Below, one piece after another: positions 55,195 to 64,000 of a stretch of DNA of 64,000 nt. Position 1 is the stretch's first letter, and each line of letters opens with the position of its first letter. Made by a program: the position numbers and the translations under genes. A model generated the notes under the pieces. That model did not search any database and was not told where the DNA came from. It saw only the letters and a program-made list of their open reading frames with translations. Location: contig JAIXUS010000028.1 in assembly GCA_027483445.1 (NCBI GenBank), positions 3,328 through 67,327 of the forward strand, in the 5' to 3' direction. The DNA is from Bacteroidota bacterium. Its GTDB lineage: Bacteria; Bacteroidota; Bacteroidia; M30B66.

Positions 55195-56160
55195 CTAAAT
55201 ACTGGTTAGCAGGATTATCTCGTAGTACAGCGGCATTCCGAGGGTGATATTAAAAGGGAAAGTTACGCCAATGGCCATTGGAATGTACAAGCCTGGGTCG
55301 GCTTTGGGAGCGGCAAGTCTCATGGCCGCTGGTACGGCAATATAGGAGGCGCTGGCAGCAAGGATGGCAAACATGAATCGGTTGCCGATGTCGGCGGTTA
55401 CGCTACTGCTCAGCCAAGCGGTAAGTGCGCCATTGATTGCAGGAACAAGAATGGCAAAAACAGCCACAAACCCACCATACTTTCGAAAAGTAGCAATCCG
55501 ACGGGCGGTTGTCATTCCCATTTCCAATAGAAAAATGGCTAAAAATCCTTTAAAAATGTCGGTGGTAAAGGGTTTAATTCCTTCCGCTTGTTTATCGTCA
55601 GAAATAATACCGATCAACAGGCTGCCAACAATCATCAGCACGCTTCCATTGGTAAGGGAGTGGTGCAAAATATCGCGCATCCGAACACGGGCATCGTCCT
55701 TATCGAACTTCATCTTAAGCATCACTCCGACCACGATTGCGGGTGCTTCCATTAAGGCCATCACCGCAACCATATGTCCGCCAAATGCGATTTGCTGCTG
55801 TTCCAGGAATGAAGAAGCTGCTACAAAAGTTACCGCACTCACCGACCCATAAGCCGCTGCAATGGCGCCTGCATCAGACACGCTGACTTTCCGCTTCAGA
55901 ATGAAAAATGTGTAGAGCGGAATTGCAGTGGCCAGTAAGAGTCCCAACAACAACGAATTCCATATTTCAGCATTAATCTCACTATGCGCAAGTTCTTGTC
56001 CGCCCTTAAACCCAATCGAAAAAAGCAGGTACAGCGAGATGAAACGACTTGATGATGAAGGAATGCGCAAGTCGCTTCGGACCATTGCCGCCACGATACC
56101 CAAAACGAAAAAGAGAAGTGTAGGATTGGTAAGGTTTGAGGTGAGGATGGCGGTGTCCAT
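55195..56160 (-). CDS. sbtA: Sodium-dependent bicarbonate transporter family permease (SbtA)
   Basis: RSDLRIP, LYLLFSIGFKGG, AYGSVSAVTF, MEAPAI, FLLEMG, ASASYIAVPAAMR, TFPFNI. Confidence 0.92.
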   Translation of the reverse strand: MDTAILTSNLTNPTLLFFVLGIVAAMVRSDLRIPSSSSRFISLYLLFSIGFKGGQELAHSEINAEIWNSLLLGLLLATAIPLYTFFILKRKVSVSDAGAIAAAYGSVSAVTFVAASSFLEQQQIAFGGHMVAVMALMEAPAIVVGVMLKMKFDKDDARVRMRDILHHSLTNGSVLMIVGSLLIGIISDDKQAEGIKPFTTDIFKGFLAIFLLEMGMTTARRIATFRKYGGFVAVFAILVPAINGALTAWLSSSVTADIGNRFMFAILAASASYIAVPAAMRLAAPKADPGLYIPMAIGVTFPFNITLGMPLYYEIILLTSI

Positions 56161-56399
56161 TCGACAAATGTGCATTAGTATTCTGTTTACTGCAAACACG
56201 CTGCTATATCTAACTGATTACAGGGCTAATACAGATGCTGATCTAAGAGAAACCAAATCATTACAATGCCTGCAGATGTAAAACATTCACTATCTGATGC
56301 TTAGAAATTCACTTGAATGCGGACTTATCAGCAACCCGCTGATTAGATTTTAAGCATGCTACAACTACTTGAATTTGAAGACTATGCAATGAAGAATTC

Positions 56400-56430
56400 T
56401 ATAAACGTTTATAAACGGGTATAAACGTTT
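56400..56430. repeat. Triple TATAAACG repeat with exact 10-bp period, including the 14-bp palindrome TATAAACGTTTATA
   Basis: Copies start at 56400, 56410 and 56420. Confidence 0.8.
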
Positions 56431-56568
56431 AACTACCGACTAATCCCGCCTCGAATGTCGAACTTAGCTGCGGAGGGAGGCTGGAGGCGGCCCCTTACTT
56501 CCCAAACCTCCAACACCTCACTCACCATAAATTTCTAAACCTGCACAACCCAACTTGCCCTTGTACGT

Positions 56569-56576
56569 TACCTTTG
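56569..56576 (+). promoter_or_regulatory. -7 element (TACCTTTG) of the phasin-like/ABC1 operon
   Basis: Exact TAnnTTTG match 20 nt before ATG 56597. Confidence 0.55.
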
Positions 56577-56596
56577 TCGGATAAATTCCGGTAACC

Positions 56597-56905
56597 ATGG
56601 AAGAACAATTAAAAAATTTGCTGTATCACGGCTTGGGTGTGGTGGCCATCACCAAAGAAAAAGTAGAGCGTGCAGTTGAAGAGCTGGTGAATAAGGGCAA
56701 AATGACCAAAGAGGAAGGCCAAAAGTTTTATGAAGAGCTGAAAGCCGAAAGTGGAAAGGCTGGACATGAGTTTAAAGACAATCTCAAGGAAAGCTTCCGG
56801 TCGTTTTTAGAAAACTCAGGCATCCCTTCCCGCGAAGAATTTGAGGCGCTTAAAAAGCGTGTAGAGGCCTTGGAAAATGCATCTGAAGCAAACAGTGCAT
56901 CTTGA
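56597..56905 (+). CDS. Phasin-like (PhaF-type) coiled-coil protein
   Basis: LYHGLG..AITKEK....VEELV.KG....EEG, C-terminal PSREEFEALKKRVEALE. Confidence 0.8.
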   Translation: MEEQLKNLLYHGLGVVAITKEKVERAVEELVNKGKMTKEEGQKFYEELKAESGKAGHEFKDNLKESFRSFLENSGIPSREEFEALKKRVEALENASEANSAS

Positions 56906-58527
56906 TTTCACGAGGAAAACGATACAGAAAGGTATTAACCGTTCTTGCTAAGCATGGCTTCGGCGACCTGGGCCTGCGCTTGGGTGGACCGGCTTCATGG
57001 CTGAAACGAAAGCCCAGAGAGGGAATTAGCGCCAGAAGGTGGATTGGTTTTCGAAAGGCCTTGGAAGAGCTGGGGCCAACTTATGTGAAATTCGGCCAGG
57101 TTTTATCGAACAAACCAGGCATTTTGCCCGATGACCTTACCGCCGAATTGGCAAGGCTACAGGACCAGGTGCCCCCGTTCTCTTTTGAGGAAGTAAAAAA
57201 AAGCATCGAAGAGACCTTCCAAAAGCCCATTGAGCAGATTTTTCCTACCATCGAAGAGCGGCCTGTAGCCTCGGCTTCTATTGCTCAAGTGCATAAGGCA
57301 TGGCTACCCGATGGTCAGATGGTTGCCGTTAAAGTACGAAGGCCTGGAATTGAAGCTGTTATTCGTGCCGATGTTGCAATCATGCGCGATATCGCACGGC
57401 TGATGATGAGAAACGAGGAGCTCGCCTCACTAAATCCCGTTGAACTGGTTAAAGCCTTCGAAAACACCATTTTAGCCGAACTTGATTTTGAAAAAGAACT
57501 CCATAACGTTAAGCAGTTCTACGAGCTTTTTGAAGGCGATACAACCGTAAAAATCCCCAGACCCTTTCCAGAGTTTAGCAGCAGTGCCGTGGTATGCCTT
57601 GAGTTTGTGGAAGGAATAAAAATCAGTAAAAAAGAACTCCTCGCTCAACAGGGTTACGATTTAAAACGCGTGGCCAAGAGCGGCTTTGATGCCTTCTTTA
57701 AACAAATCTTCGAGTGGGGAATTTTTCATGCCGACCCTCACCCCGGAAATCTGCTGGTTTTACCCGGAAATGTGATCGGTATTCTCGATTTTGGAATGGT
57801 CGGTCAGCTCAGTCAAAACGATCGCTCGGCCTTGGTCGAATTTGTAATCGCGCTGGGGCGGGATGACGTTGGCCGAATTGTAGAAAATATCGAAAAACTG
57901 CAAGGCAGTCCCGTAAGCGATAAAACCGCACTGGAGCGCGACCTGTCGGCCTTCATCGCTGAATTCGGTTCGAGGGCAGTTAAGGACATTAACCTAAACG
58001 ATGCCCTCGAAAAAGGAAGGCGCATGGCATACAAGCACGACTTAAAGCTAAATCCCGACCTCTTCCTCCTATTCCGAACCATTTCGCTGCTAGAAGGCAT
58101 TGGAATCAGTCTCGATCCACAATTCCGCTCACTCGAGATCATCAAGCCATACGCTTTCAAGCTGTTACGCAAGCAGTTAAATCCCAAAAACATCTTCCAA
58201 AGTAAAGCACTGCTTGCCTGGGCGGCCGATTGGTACCAACTTGTGAAAGCACTTCCCGGCGATGTTCGGAAAACGCTGGGAAAAGTGAGCAACGACCAGC
58301 TATTCATCCGTACCGAAAGTCCATCGGTAGATCGTCTAAGCGAACAATTGCGTAAAAGTGGTAATGAGCTCAGCCAAACCCTTGTTTTCATTGCCCTGCT
58401 GGGCTTTACGGCCTTTAGCCCTACCCTACTTTTGCCCCCATTGTTTTTAGGATTAAACGCGGTAGGCTTAATCAGTCTGGGGCTTTCAGCTATACTTCTT
58501 GTAATTCTTATAAGACGCTGGCGCTGA
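56902..58527 (+). CDS. ABC1/UbiB (AarF) atypical kinase with C-terminal TM helices
   Basis: LGPTYVKFGQ (KxGQ), LQDQVPP, ASASIAQVH, VAVKVRRP, ELDF, FHADPHPGN, LDFGMVG; TTG start overlapping the upstream TGA. Confidence 0.93.
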   Translation: MISRGKRYRKVLTVLAKHGFGDLGLRLGGPASWLKRKPREGISARRWIGFRKALEELGPTYVKFGQVLSNKPGILPDDLTAELARLQDQVPPFSFEEVKKSIEETFQKPIEQIFPTIEERPVASASIAQVHKAWLPDGQMVAVKVRRPGIEAVIRADVAIMRDIARLMMRNEELASLNPVELVKAFENTILAELDFEKELHNVKQFYELFEGDTTVKIPRPFPEFSSSAVVCLEFVEGIKISKKELLAQQGYDLKRVAKSGFDAFFKQIFEWGIFHADPHPGNLLVLPGNVIGILDFGMVGQLSQNDRSALVEFVIALGRDDVGRIVENIEKLQGSPVSDKTALERDLSAFIAEFGSRAVKDINLNDALEKGRRMAYKHDLKLNPDLFLLFRTISLLEGIGISLDPQFRSLEIIKPYAFKLLRKQLNPKNIFQSKALLAWAADWYQLVKALPGDVRKTLGKVSNDQLFIRTESPSVDRLSEQLRKSGNELSQTLVFIALLGFTAFSPTLLLPPLFLGLNAVGLISLGLSAILLVILIRRWR

Positions 58528-58532
58528 TGGCA

Positions 58533-60419
58533 TTAGTATTCCATAAACTCCCAAGCTGAACGATAGGCTCCAATCTGCTGACAGTGATCAATCAGGGCTG
58601 AATAAAAACGATCGTTACCCAGCGTGGCACTGTCGCCAACAATAACCAATTTCCGTCGAGCCCTCGTCATGGCTACATTCATCCGGCGATAATCCTTCAA
58701 AAAGCCAATTTCACCTTTATCGTTGCACCGAACAAGCGATACCATAATCACATCGCGCTCCTGGCCTTGAAAGGCATCGATGGTTTGCACCTGCGGTTGG
58801 ATGACTAAATCGCTAATTCTGAGCGCTTCAATGCAGTTCACTTGCTGCCGGTAAGGCGAAATCAACGCAATACTGGCGCGATTGCCTAGCCATCCTTCCC
58901 CAAGCATCAGGGCTAAGCGTTTCCACAAAAAACGAGCTTCTTCTTCATTCGAATAACTCCCGGCCAATTCATTCCACTGTTCTTCCCAGGCCAAACCTGC
59001 GGTGTCGATAAACTCCAGCGAAAAGCCATCGCCCGCATGGGCCTTTTCCACCATGTCATCCGCCCGTAGGGCACCGCCATAAAACCAGGCATTCGAAAAC
59101 GACATAATAGCCTCATTCATACGGTATTGCACCATTAACAGCGCCGATGGCAAACGTTCAAGGTTCTTCTCCATCAGCGTGAGCGACAAACCCAACTTTT
59201 GGGCACTTTCCGACTTAACGGTTGGCGGCAATTGGAAAGGATCTCCGGCCAATACCAGACGGTCGGCGCGCAACAATGGAATCCAGGTTAAGGGCTCCAA
59301 GGCTTGCGCGGCTTCGTCGATCAGTAGCACATCAAATCGTTGATTGTCAGGCATCGACTGAGCGACTGCAACCGGTGTGGCACACACAACCTCCGCTTTA
59401 TCGAACAACTCGGCATAAAGCTGCTTCTCCAACTTCAGGGCATCCTTCATCAAGGCCCGCGCTTCGTCATGAAGTGCCTTACGCTGAGCACGTTCCTGCG
59501 GACCAAAACTGCGCTTATATTGTTGAGCCATTCTCCGATATTCGGTTGCTCTTTTCCTACACTCCTTAACTACCGCAAATTCCGGCGAAGCTTTTAATCG
59601 GCCTTCCGTGCTAATGGCCTCAAGGCTTTCCGACATTCTTAATGGATTTCCCACCCTGAGCACCCACAAACCGGCATCGAGCAAAGCTTTGCTGATGTGA
59701 TCAACGGCGGCATTTGAAGGTGCGCACACCAGAACGCGATCGCCTCTTTCAACCATGGCACGCGCGGCAGCCACAAGCGTTGTGGTTTTTCCGGTACCCG
59801 GAGGACCATGCACCAAACTAACCGCTGTATTCGAAAGAATGAGTTCAACGGCTAACTTTTGAGAATCATTAAGTGGAAATGAGAAATCGTGGCTTAATTG
59901 GAACGATGGCTTTTCGGGAGAACTTAACCCGATGAGCAAATCACGCATTTCCGACAAGGCACAATTTCTGGCACCTTCCGCCACTTCCATTGCTTCAAAT
60001 GCGGTCTTAATGCTTTGGTTGTCGAACTGCTGTTGGATGGCCAAACGGGGCGAGTCAAGGACATCTGGATGCTCGTTGAGAAAAAACACCACCTTCAGCT
60101 GGTCGCCTCGAACCCAATCTACAATTCCAAAAGCCTCACCTTCATCGGCCGTCGAATACAAGCGAGCCGGCCTGCCCGGGTTCCAACTGTGCGGGGCCGA
60201 TTTGTGCTTGGTGCGCTCAAATACTACGTATGGATAATCACCATAACCATACCCGGTCTCGATGATTTGCAATGGATACCAGGCTAAACCCTTCTCTACC
60301 AACTCATGAATGCCACTTTTCGAAAGTAAAGCTTCAAACGATTGACGTTCGGCATCGGCCTCAGCCTGAAATGCCTTCCTGAGGTGTTCGAAATATTCTT
60401 TGACAAGTTCCTTGCTCAC
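58533..60419 (-). CDS. SF1B helicase (Upf1/IGHMBP2/DNA2-NAM7-like; AAA_11/AAA_12)
   Basis: HGPPGTGKTT, APSNAAVD, IDEAAQ, GDPFQLPP, QYRM, TIDAFQGQE, RRMNVAMTRAR; GTG start overlapping the upstream TGA. Confidence 0.93.
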   Translation of the reverse strand: MSKELVKEYFEHLRKAFQAEADAERQSFEALLSKSGIHELVEKGLAWYPLQIIETGYGYGDYPYVVFERTKHKSAPHSWNPGRPARLYSTADEGEAFGIVDWVRGDQLKVVFFLNEHPDVLDSPRLAIQQQFDNQSIKTAFEAMEVAEGARNCALSEMRDLLIGLSSPEKPSFQLSHDFSFPLNDSQKLAVELILSNTAVSLVHGPPGTGKTTTLVAAARAMVERGDRVLVCAPSNAAVDHISKALLDAGLWVLRVGNPLRMSESLEAISTEGRLKASPEFAVVKECRKRATEYRRMAQQYKRSFGPQERAQRKALHDEARALMKDALKLEKQLYAELFDKAEVVCATPVAVAQSMPDNQRFDVLLIDEAAQALEPLTWIPLLRADRLVLAGDPFQLPPTVKSESAQKLGLSLTLMEKNLERLPSALLMVQYRMNEAIMSFSNAWFYGGALRADDMVEKAHAGDGFSLEFIDTAGLAWEEQWNELAGSYSNEEEARFLWKRLALMLGEGWLGNRASIALISPYRQQVNCIEALRISDLVIQPQVQTIDAFQGQERDVIMVSLVRCNDKGEIGFLKDYRRMNVAMTRARRKLVIVGDSATLGNDRFYSALIDHCQQIGAYRSAWEFMEY

Positions 60420-61561
60420 CGGGCAAACATCACGCGATAGCGGTAAACCTGCTCTCCCGACCTGCATTGAAGCACGTAAAGCCCTTCAATCGGCAACACA
60501 GGCCTGATTTGAATGCTCTGTTCAAGTGTGGCGAACTCCGTTTCCACCTTACGCCCTTGTAAATCGTACAACTGAGCCTCCTGAATTTTGTCATCAAACC
60601 CTTGAATCATAAGCCATTCTGTGGCCGGCTGGGGAAAAATGGAAATTCGGCTGCTTTCAGATTTATCACTCAACACCTCTGAGCAGGTTTCCTGGATTGC
60701 CACCCGATTATCGAGGGTAATGTCCTGAAGATAAGCGCTCCAATTCGATAAACTGCCGCCAAACCAATACTGCAGAAAAGGCCAAACCAGATCGTCGGTT
60801 GTTTGCTGCTGCTCGGCTCTCGTTAGTGTAACGCCACTCCCAATTTCGCCTAAATCGCAAATGCTAGAAGGAATATAGTAGCAGTGATTGCCTCCAAGTA
60901 TGCTGGCAAAAACCTTACAGTCGGATCCCAAGGCATTCCAAATAGGTTGATGATGAACATCAGGAGGCGTTACGTTGTCGACAGAACCGGAAATCACAAG
61001 CGCTGGAAGCTCAAGAGCTGGAGCGCCAGGCACGGGGCTCGGGTTCGTTAAGGCCGGTGCCAAACCAATATACGCATTGGCCACAGTTTGAGAAGCAGCA
61101 AGCAGCGAAGCTCCACCGCCCATTGAATGTCCACCTAAGGCCGAAAAGCCATTGCAGCTGAAGAAGTTATCCTGCCCGCTCCGATACCAGGTGTTAATAA
61201 AGGCAATGTCCTTCCCGAAAGCATCATGATTAGGCGCAAAGCTACCTTCGGTGCTCGGCAGGGCCACCACAACGCCACGCTCGGCCAAGAGTCCCGCAAA
61301 ATCGGCGTATGAAGCCGCCGGAATTAAAAAACCGTGTCCAAAAGTGAGTAAAGGAAAACTTCCGGTTGCCAATGGCACGTTGCTTCCTTCCGATTGAGCC
61401 GGGTAGTAGAGCAGCAAAGGGACTTCCCTATTTCGGCTGGCATCAAACAAACTCACTTCCCGATTACCGACCGCAAAAGGTTGGGCCGCCACTGTGGGTA
61501 ATAACAGCCAAAATGTTGTTATTACAACCAAGTAGCTTAGAACAGAAGTGAGTGTTTTCAT
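60416..61561 (-). CDS. Secreted alpha/beta hydrolase (chlorophyllase/cutinase-like) with T9SS type-A sorting domain
   Basis: Signal peptide, FGHGF, GHSMGGG nucleophile, SGSVD, GGNH, C-terminal IFPQPA...YDLQGR...GLYVL. Confidence 0.88.
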   Translation of the reverse strand: MKTLTSVLSYLVVITTFWLLLPTVAAQPFAVGNREVSLFDASRNREVPLLLYYPAQSEGSNVPLATGSFPLLTFGHGFLIPAASYADFAGLLAERGVVVALPSTEGSFAPNHDAFGKDIAFINTWYRSGQDNFFSCNGFSALGGHSMGGGASLLAASQTVANAYIGLAPALTNPSPVPGAPALELPALVISGSVDNVTPPDVHHQPIWNALGSDCKVFASILGGNHCYYIPSSICDLGEIGSGVTLTRAEQQQTTDDLVWPFLQYWFGGSLSNWSAYLQDITLDNRVAIQETCSEVLSDKSESSRISIFPQPATEWLMIQGFDDKIQEAQLYDLQGRKVETEFATLEQSIQIRPVLPIEGLYVLQCRSGEQVYRYRVMFAR

Positions 61562-61571
61562 TATCAATAAT

Positions 61572-64000
61572 TTAAATCGAAAAATAAGCCTTCGCCTTTT
61601 CCAATGCACTTGGGATTCCCGAAGGGTTACTTCCACCGGCCGTTGCATAAAACGCTTGTCCCCCGCCCCCACCTTGAATTTCTTTTGCCAACTCGCGAAC
61701 AATATTCCCGGCATTTTTTCCGGATGCCACAGCTTCATCGCCTAATGCTACGGTGAGCATGGGCTTGCCGGAAGCAAAATGTCCGAGAACCAAAAAGAGT
61801 GCTGGGTATTTGTTTTTTAGCTCGAAAGCGATTGTCTTCACCATTTCAGGGGCATCGAGATCCACTTCGGCTACAATTTGTTGGAGGTCACCACGACTTT
61901 CAATCGACAGTTCCAATTCCTTGCGCAAATCCTTGGCCTTTTCTTTTTGCAGGCTTTCAAGCTTTTTCTCAAGCGCTTGCTTTTCTTCCTGAAGCTGAGC
62001 AATTCCCTTTATCGGGTCTTTGCTCCCTTTCAGCATTTCGCGAATTTGTCCTATGAGTCGGCGATCTTCCATCAACAACTCTTCGGCAACATCGCCACTT
62101 ACAGCCTCAATCCTACGAATTCCGGCGGCAACAGCACTTTCCGAAACAATCCTCAAATAACCAATGCTGCCAGTGGCTTCAACATGCGTTCCTCCACACA
62201 ATTCGATTGAATAGTTTCGATCGAAGGCTACAACACGCACAGTATCGGCATATTTCTCACCAAAAAGCGCCATTGCACCGGCCTTTTTCGCCTCCTCAAG
62301 TCCCATGATTCGGGTTTCACGGTTAATGTTTTCGCGAATTCGGGTGTTTACAATGTGTTCGATCCGACTCAACTCTTCATCCGTAACCTTTTGAAAATGA
62401 GAAAAGTCGAAGCGAAGATGCTTTTCATTTACCAGCGATCCTTTTTGCTCCACATGTGTGCCTAAAACCTGACGTAACGCGGCATGCAACAAATGTGTCG
62501 CACTGTGATTCCGCATGATGTCCATCCGGCGTTCGGCATCCACTTTGGCCTGAAACACCAGTTTTAAATTCGAAGGCAGCTTTTCGGTAAAATGCACGAT
62601 TACACCATGTTCCTTGCGTGTATCAAGAATTGTAACGCGTTCAGTACCCGACTCGATCACACCGGTATCACCCACCTGACCGCCGCTTTCGGCATAAAAA
62701 GGTGTGGCGTTAAACACCAACTGGTACTGTTTCTTTCCTTTGGTATTCACTTCGCGGTACCGAACGATACGCACGTTTGCTTCGGTAAAGTCGTAACCGA
62801 TGAATTCCTGCTCATCGTCATCCAACAATTCCACCCAATCGCCTGCTTCTACAGCTGAAGCCGCTCTTGAACGCGCCTTTTGGGCTTGAAGGTTGTTTTG
62901 ATAACCATCCATGTCAACAGCCAATCCTAACTCTCTGGCCATTAGCTGCGTAAGGTCGATTGGAAATCCATAGGTATCAAACAATTCAAAGGCAAAATCT
63001 CCACCAATGGTCTGAGTACCCTTTAGCCCTTTCACATGATCGTTAAATCGTTGTATACCAGTGGCTAGTGTTCTGAGGAAGCTGTTCTCTTCTTCCTGAA
63101 TCACCTTTTCAATAAGTTGTTGTTGAGCCAAAAGCTCCGGGAATGCTTGTCCCATCTGCGAAGCCAACACCGGAACCATCCTGCATAAAAACGGTTCCTG
63201 CACTTGTAAAAAGGTGTACGCATAGCGAACGGCTCGGCGCAAAATGCGTCGGATTACATAGCCCGCCTTGTTGTTTGAGGGCAGCTGCCCATCTGCAATG
63301 GCAAAGGCAATGGTTCTAATATGATCCGACATCACGCGCATGGCGATATCGGTTTTTTCATCGTTCCCGTATCGAAACCCTGAGTGCTGCTCGATGAACT
63401 GAATTAAAGGCTGGAATACATCGGTATCGTAGTTCGACTTCTTCCCTTGAAGTGCCATGCACAAGCGTTCAAAGCCCATTCCCGTATCAACGTGCTGAGC
63501 CGGAAGTTTTTCAAGGCTGCCATCCGCCTTGCGGTTGAATTCCATGAACACATTGTTCCAGATTTCAATTACCTGTGGATGTGACTCATTTACAAGACTT
63601 TTCCCATCTACCTTTAGCCTTTCTGCTTCATCACGAAGGTCGACATGGATTTCGGAACAAGGGCCACAAGGACCGGTGTCGCCCATTTCCCAGAAGTTAT
63701 CCTTTTTATTTCCGCGCAGTATCCGGTCTTCGGCAATCCATTGTTTCCAATAGTCGTAAGCATCCTGGTCGAAAGGCAGGTTTTCCGATGCATCACCTTC
63801 GAAAACAGTAACATACAAGCGATTTTTATCGAGCTTATACACTTCGGTGAGCAGTTCCCAGGCCCAGGCGATGGCTTCCTTCTTGAAATAATCGCCAAAG
63901 CTCCAATTACCAAGCATTTCGAACATGGTATGGTGATAAGTATCGACACCCACTTCTTCGAGGTCGTTGTGCTTTCCGGAAACACGAAGGCATTTTTGGG
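61572..64000 (-). CDS. alaS: Alanine--tRNA ligase (5' end lies outside the window)
   Basis: [17 protein letters not shown] at the window edge, [50 protein letters not shown]. Confidence 0.98.
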   Translation of the reverse strand, partial: QKCLRVSGKHNDLEEVGVDTYHHTMFEMLGNWSFGDYFKKEAIAWAWELLTEVYKLDKNRLYVTVFEGDASENLPFDQDAYDYWKQWIAEDRILRGNKKDNFWEMGDTGPCGPCSEIHVDLRDEAERLKVDGKSLVNESHPQVIEIWNNVFMEFNRKADGSLEKLPAQHVDTGMGFERLCMALQGKKSNYDTDVFQPLIQFIEQHSGFRYGNDEKTDIAMRVMSDHIRTIAFAIADGQLPSNNKAGYVIRRILRRAVRYAYTFLQVQEPFLCRMVPVLASQMGQAFPELLAQQQLIEKVIQEEENSFLRTLATGIQRFNDHVKGLKGTQTIGGDFAFELFDTYGFPIDLTQLMARELGLAVDMDGYQNNLQAQKARSRAASAVEAGDWVELLDDDEQEFIGYDFTEANVRIVRYREVNTKGKKQYQLVFNATPFYAESGGQVGDTGVIESGTERVTILDTRKEHGVIVHFTEKLPSNLKLVFQAKVDAERRMDIMRNHSATHLLHAALRQVLGTHVEQKGSLVNEKHLRFDFSHFQKVTDEELSRIEHIVNTRIRENINRETRIMGLEEAKKAGAMALFGEKYADTVRVVAFDRNYSIELCGGTHVEATGSIGYLRIVSESAVAAGIRRIEAVSGDVAEELLMEDRRLIGQIREMLKGSKDPIKGIAQLQEEKQALEKKLESLQKEKAKDLRKELELSIESRGDLQQIVAEVDLDAPEMVKTIAFELKNKYPALFLVLGHFASGKPMLTVALGDEAVASGKNAGNIVRELAKEIQGGGGGQAFYATAGGSNPSGIPSALEKAKAYFSI

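Noticed and set aside
54759-56596. Both sbtA flanks measure 436 bp, suggesting a composite mobile element
   Set aside because: No convincing direct or inverted similarity between the flanks and no transposase; treated as coincidence

Overview
A 64-kb core-chromosome segment from a Bacteroidota genome. Supporting signs are several T9SS type-A cargo proteins, TAnnTTTG -7 promoter elements, a fused SecDF, and GatB plus futalosine-pathway MqnC, which argue against Bacteroides or typical Flavobacteriaceae. It is mostly housekeeping: fabI, recN, FeS-type photolyase, CPA2 antiporter, NrtR-family regulator, two tatA-like genes, secDF, acyl-CoA dehydrogenase, gatB, lpxH, dnaB, ltaE, prmC, ribD, mqnC, pepA, pdxA, SRAP, AddB-like nuclease, sbtA, phasin-like + ABC1/UbiB kinase, SF1 helicase and a 5'-truncated alaS. 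I saw no rRNA, tRNA, CRISPR array, transposase, integrase or prophage. The most notable unexplained items: (1) a SRAP/HMCES protein ending in a perfect beta-clamp motif QLDLF, next to an AddB-like nuclease; (2) a Schlafen/AlbA_2 protein with apparently intact catalytic residues between recN and a photolyase, with a ~100-bp tandem duplication across its junction with the photolyase; (3) a phasin/UbiK-like + UbiB kinase pair in a menaquinone organism; (4) an unannotated 31-aa membrane protein; (5) a T9SS-secreted cutinase/PETase-like hydrolase; (6) an orphan sbtA beside a 10-bp phased triple repeat and an abrupt G-to-C strand switch; (7) many apparently leaderless promoters; (8) a Flavo-1-like structured element. 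Family calls come from motif recognition by eye, with no database searches. Start codons were moved from the ORF track where the sequence context supports it.
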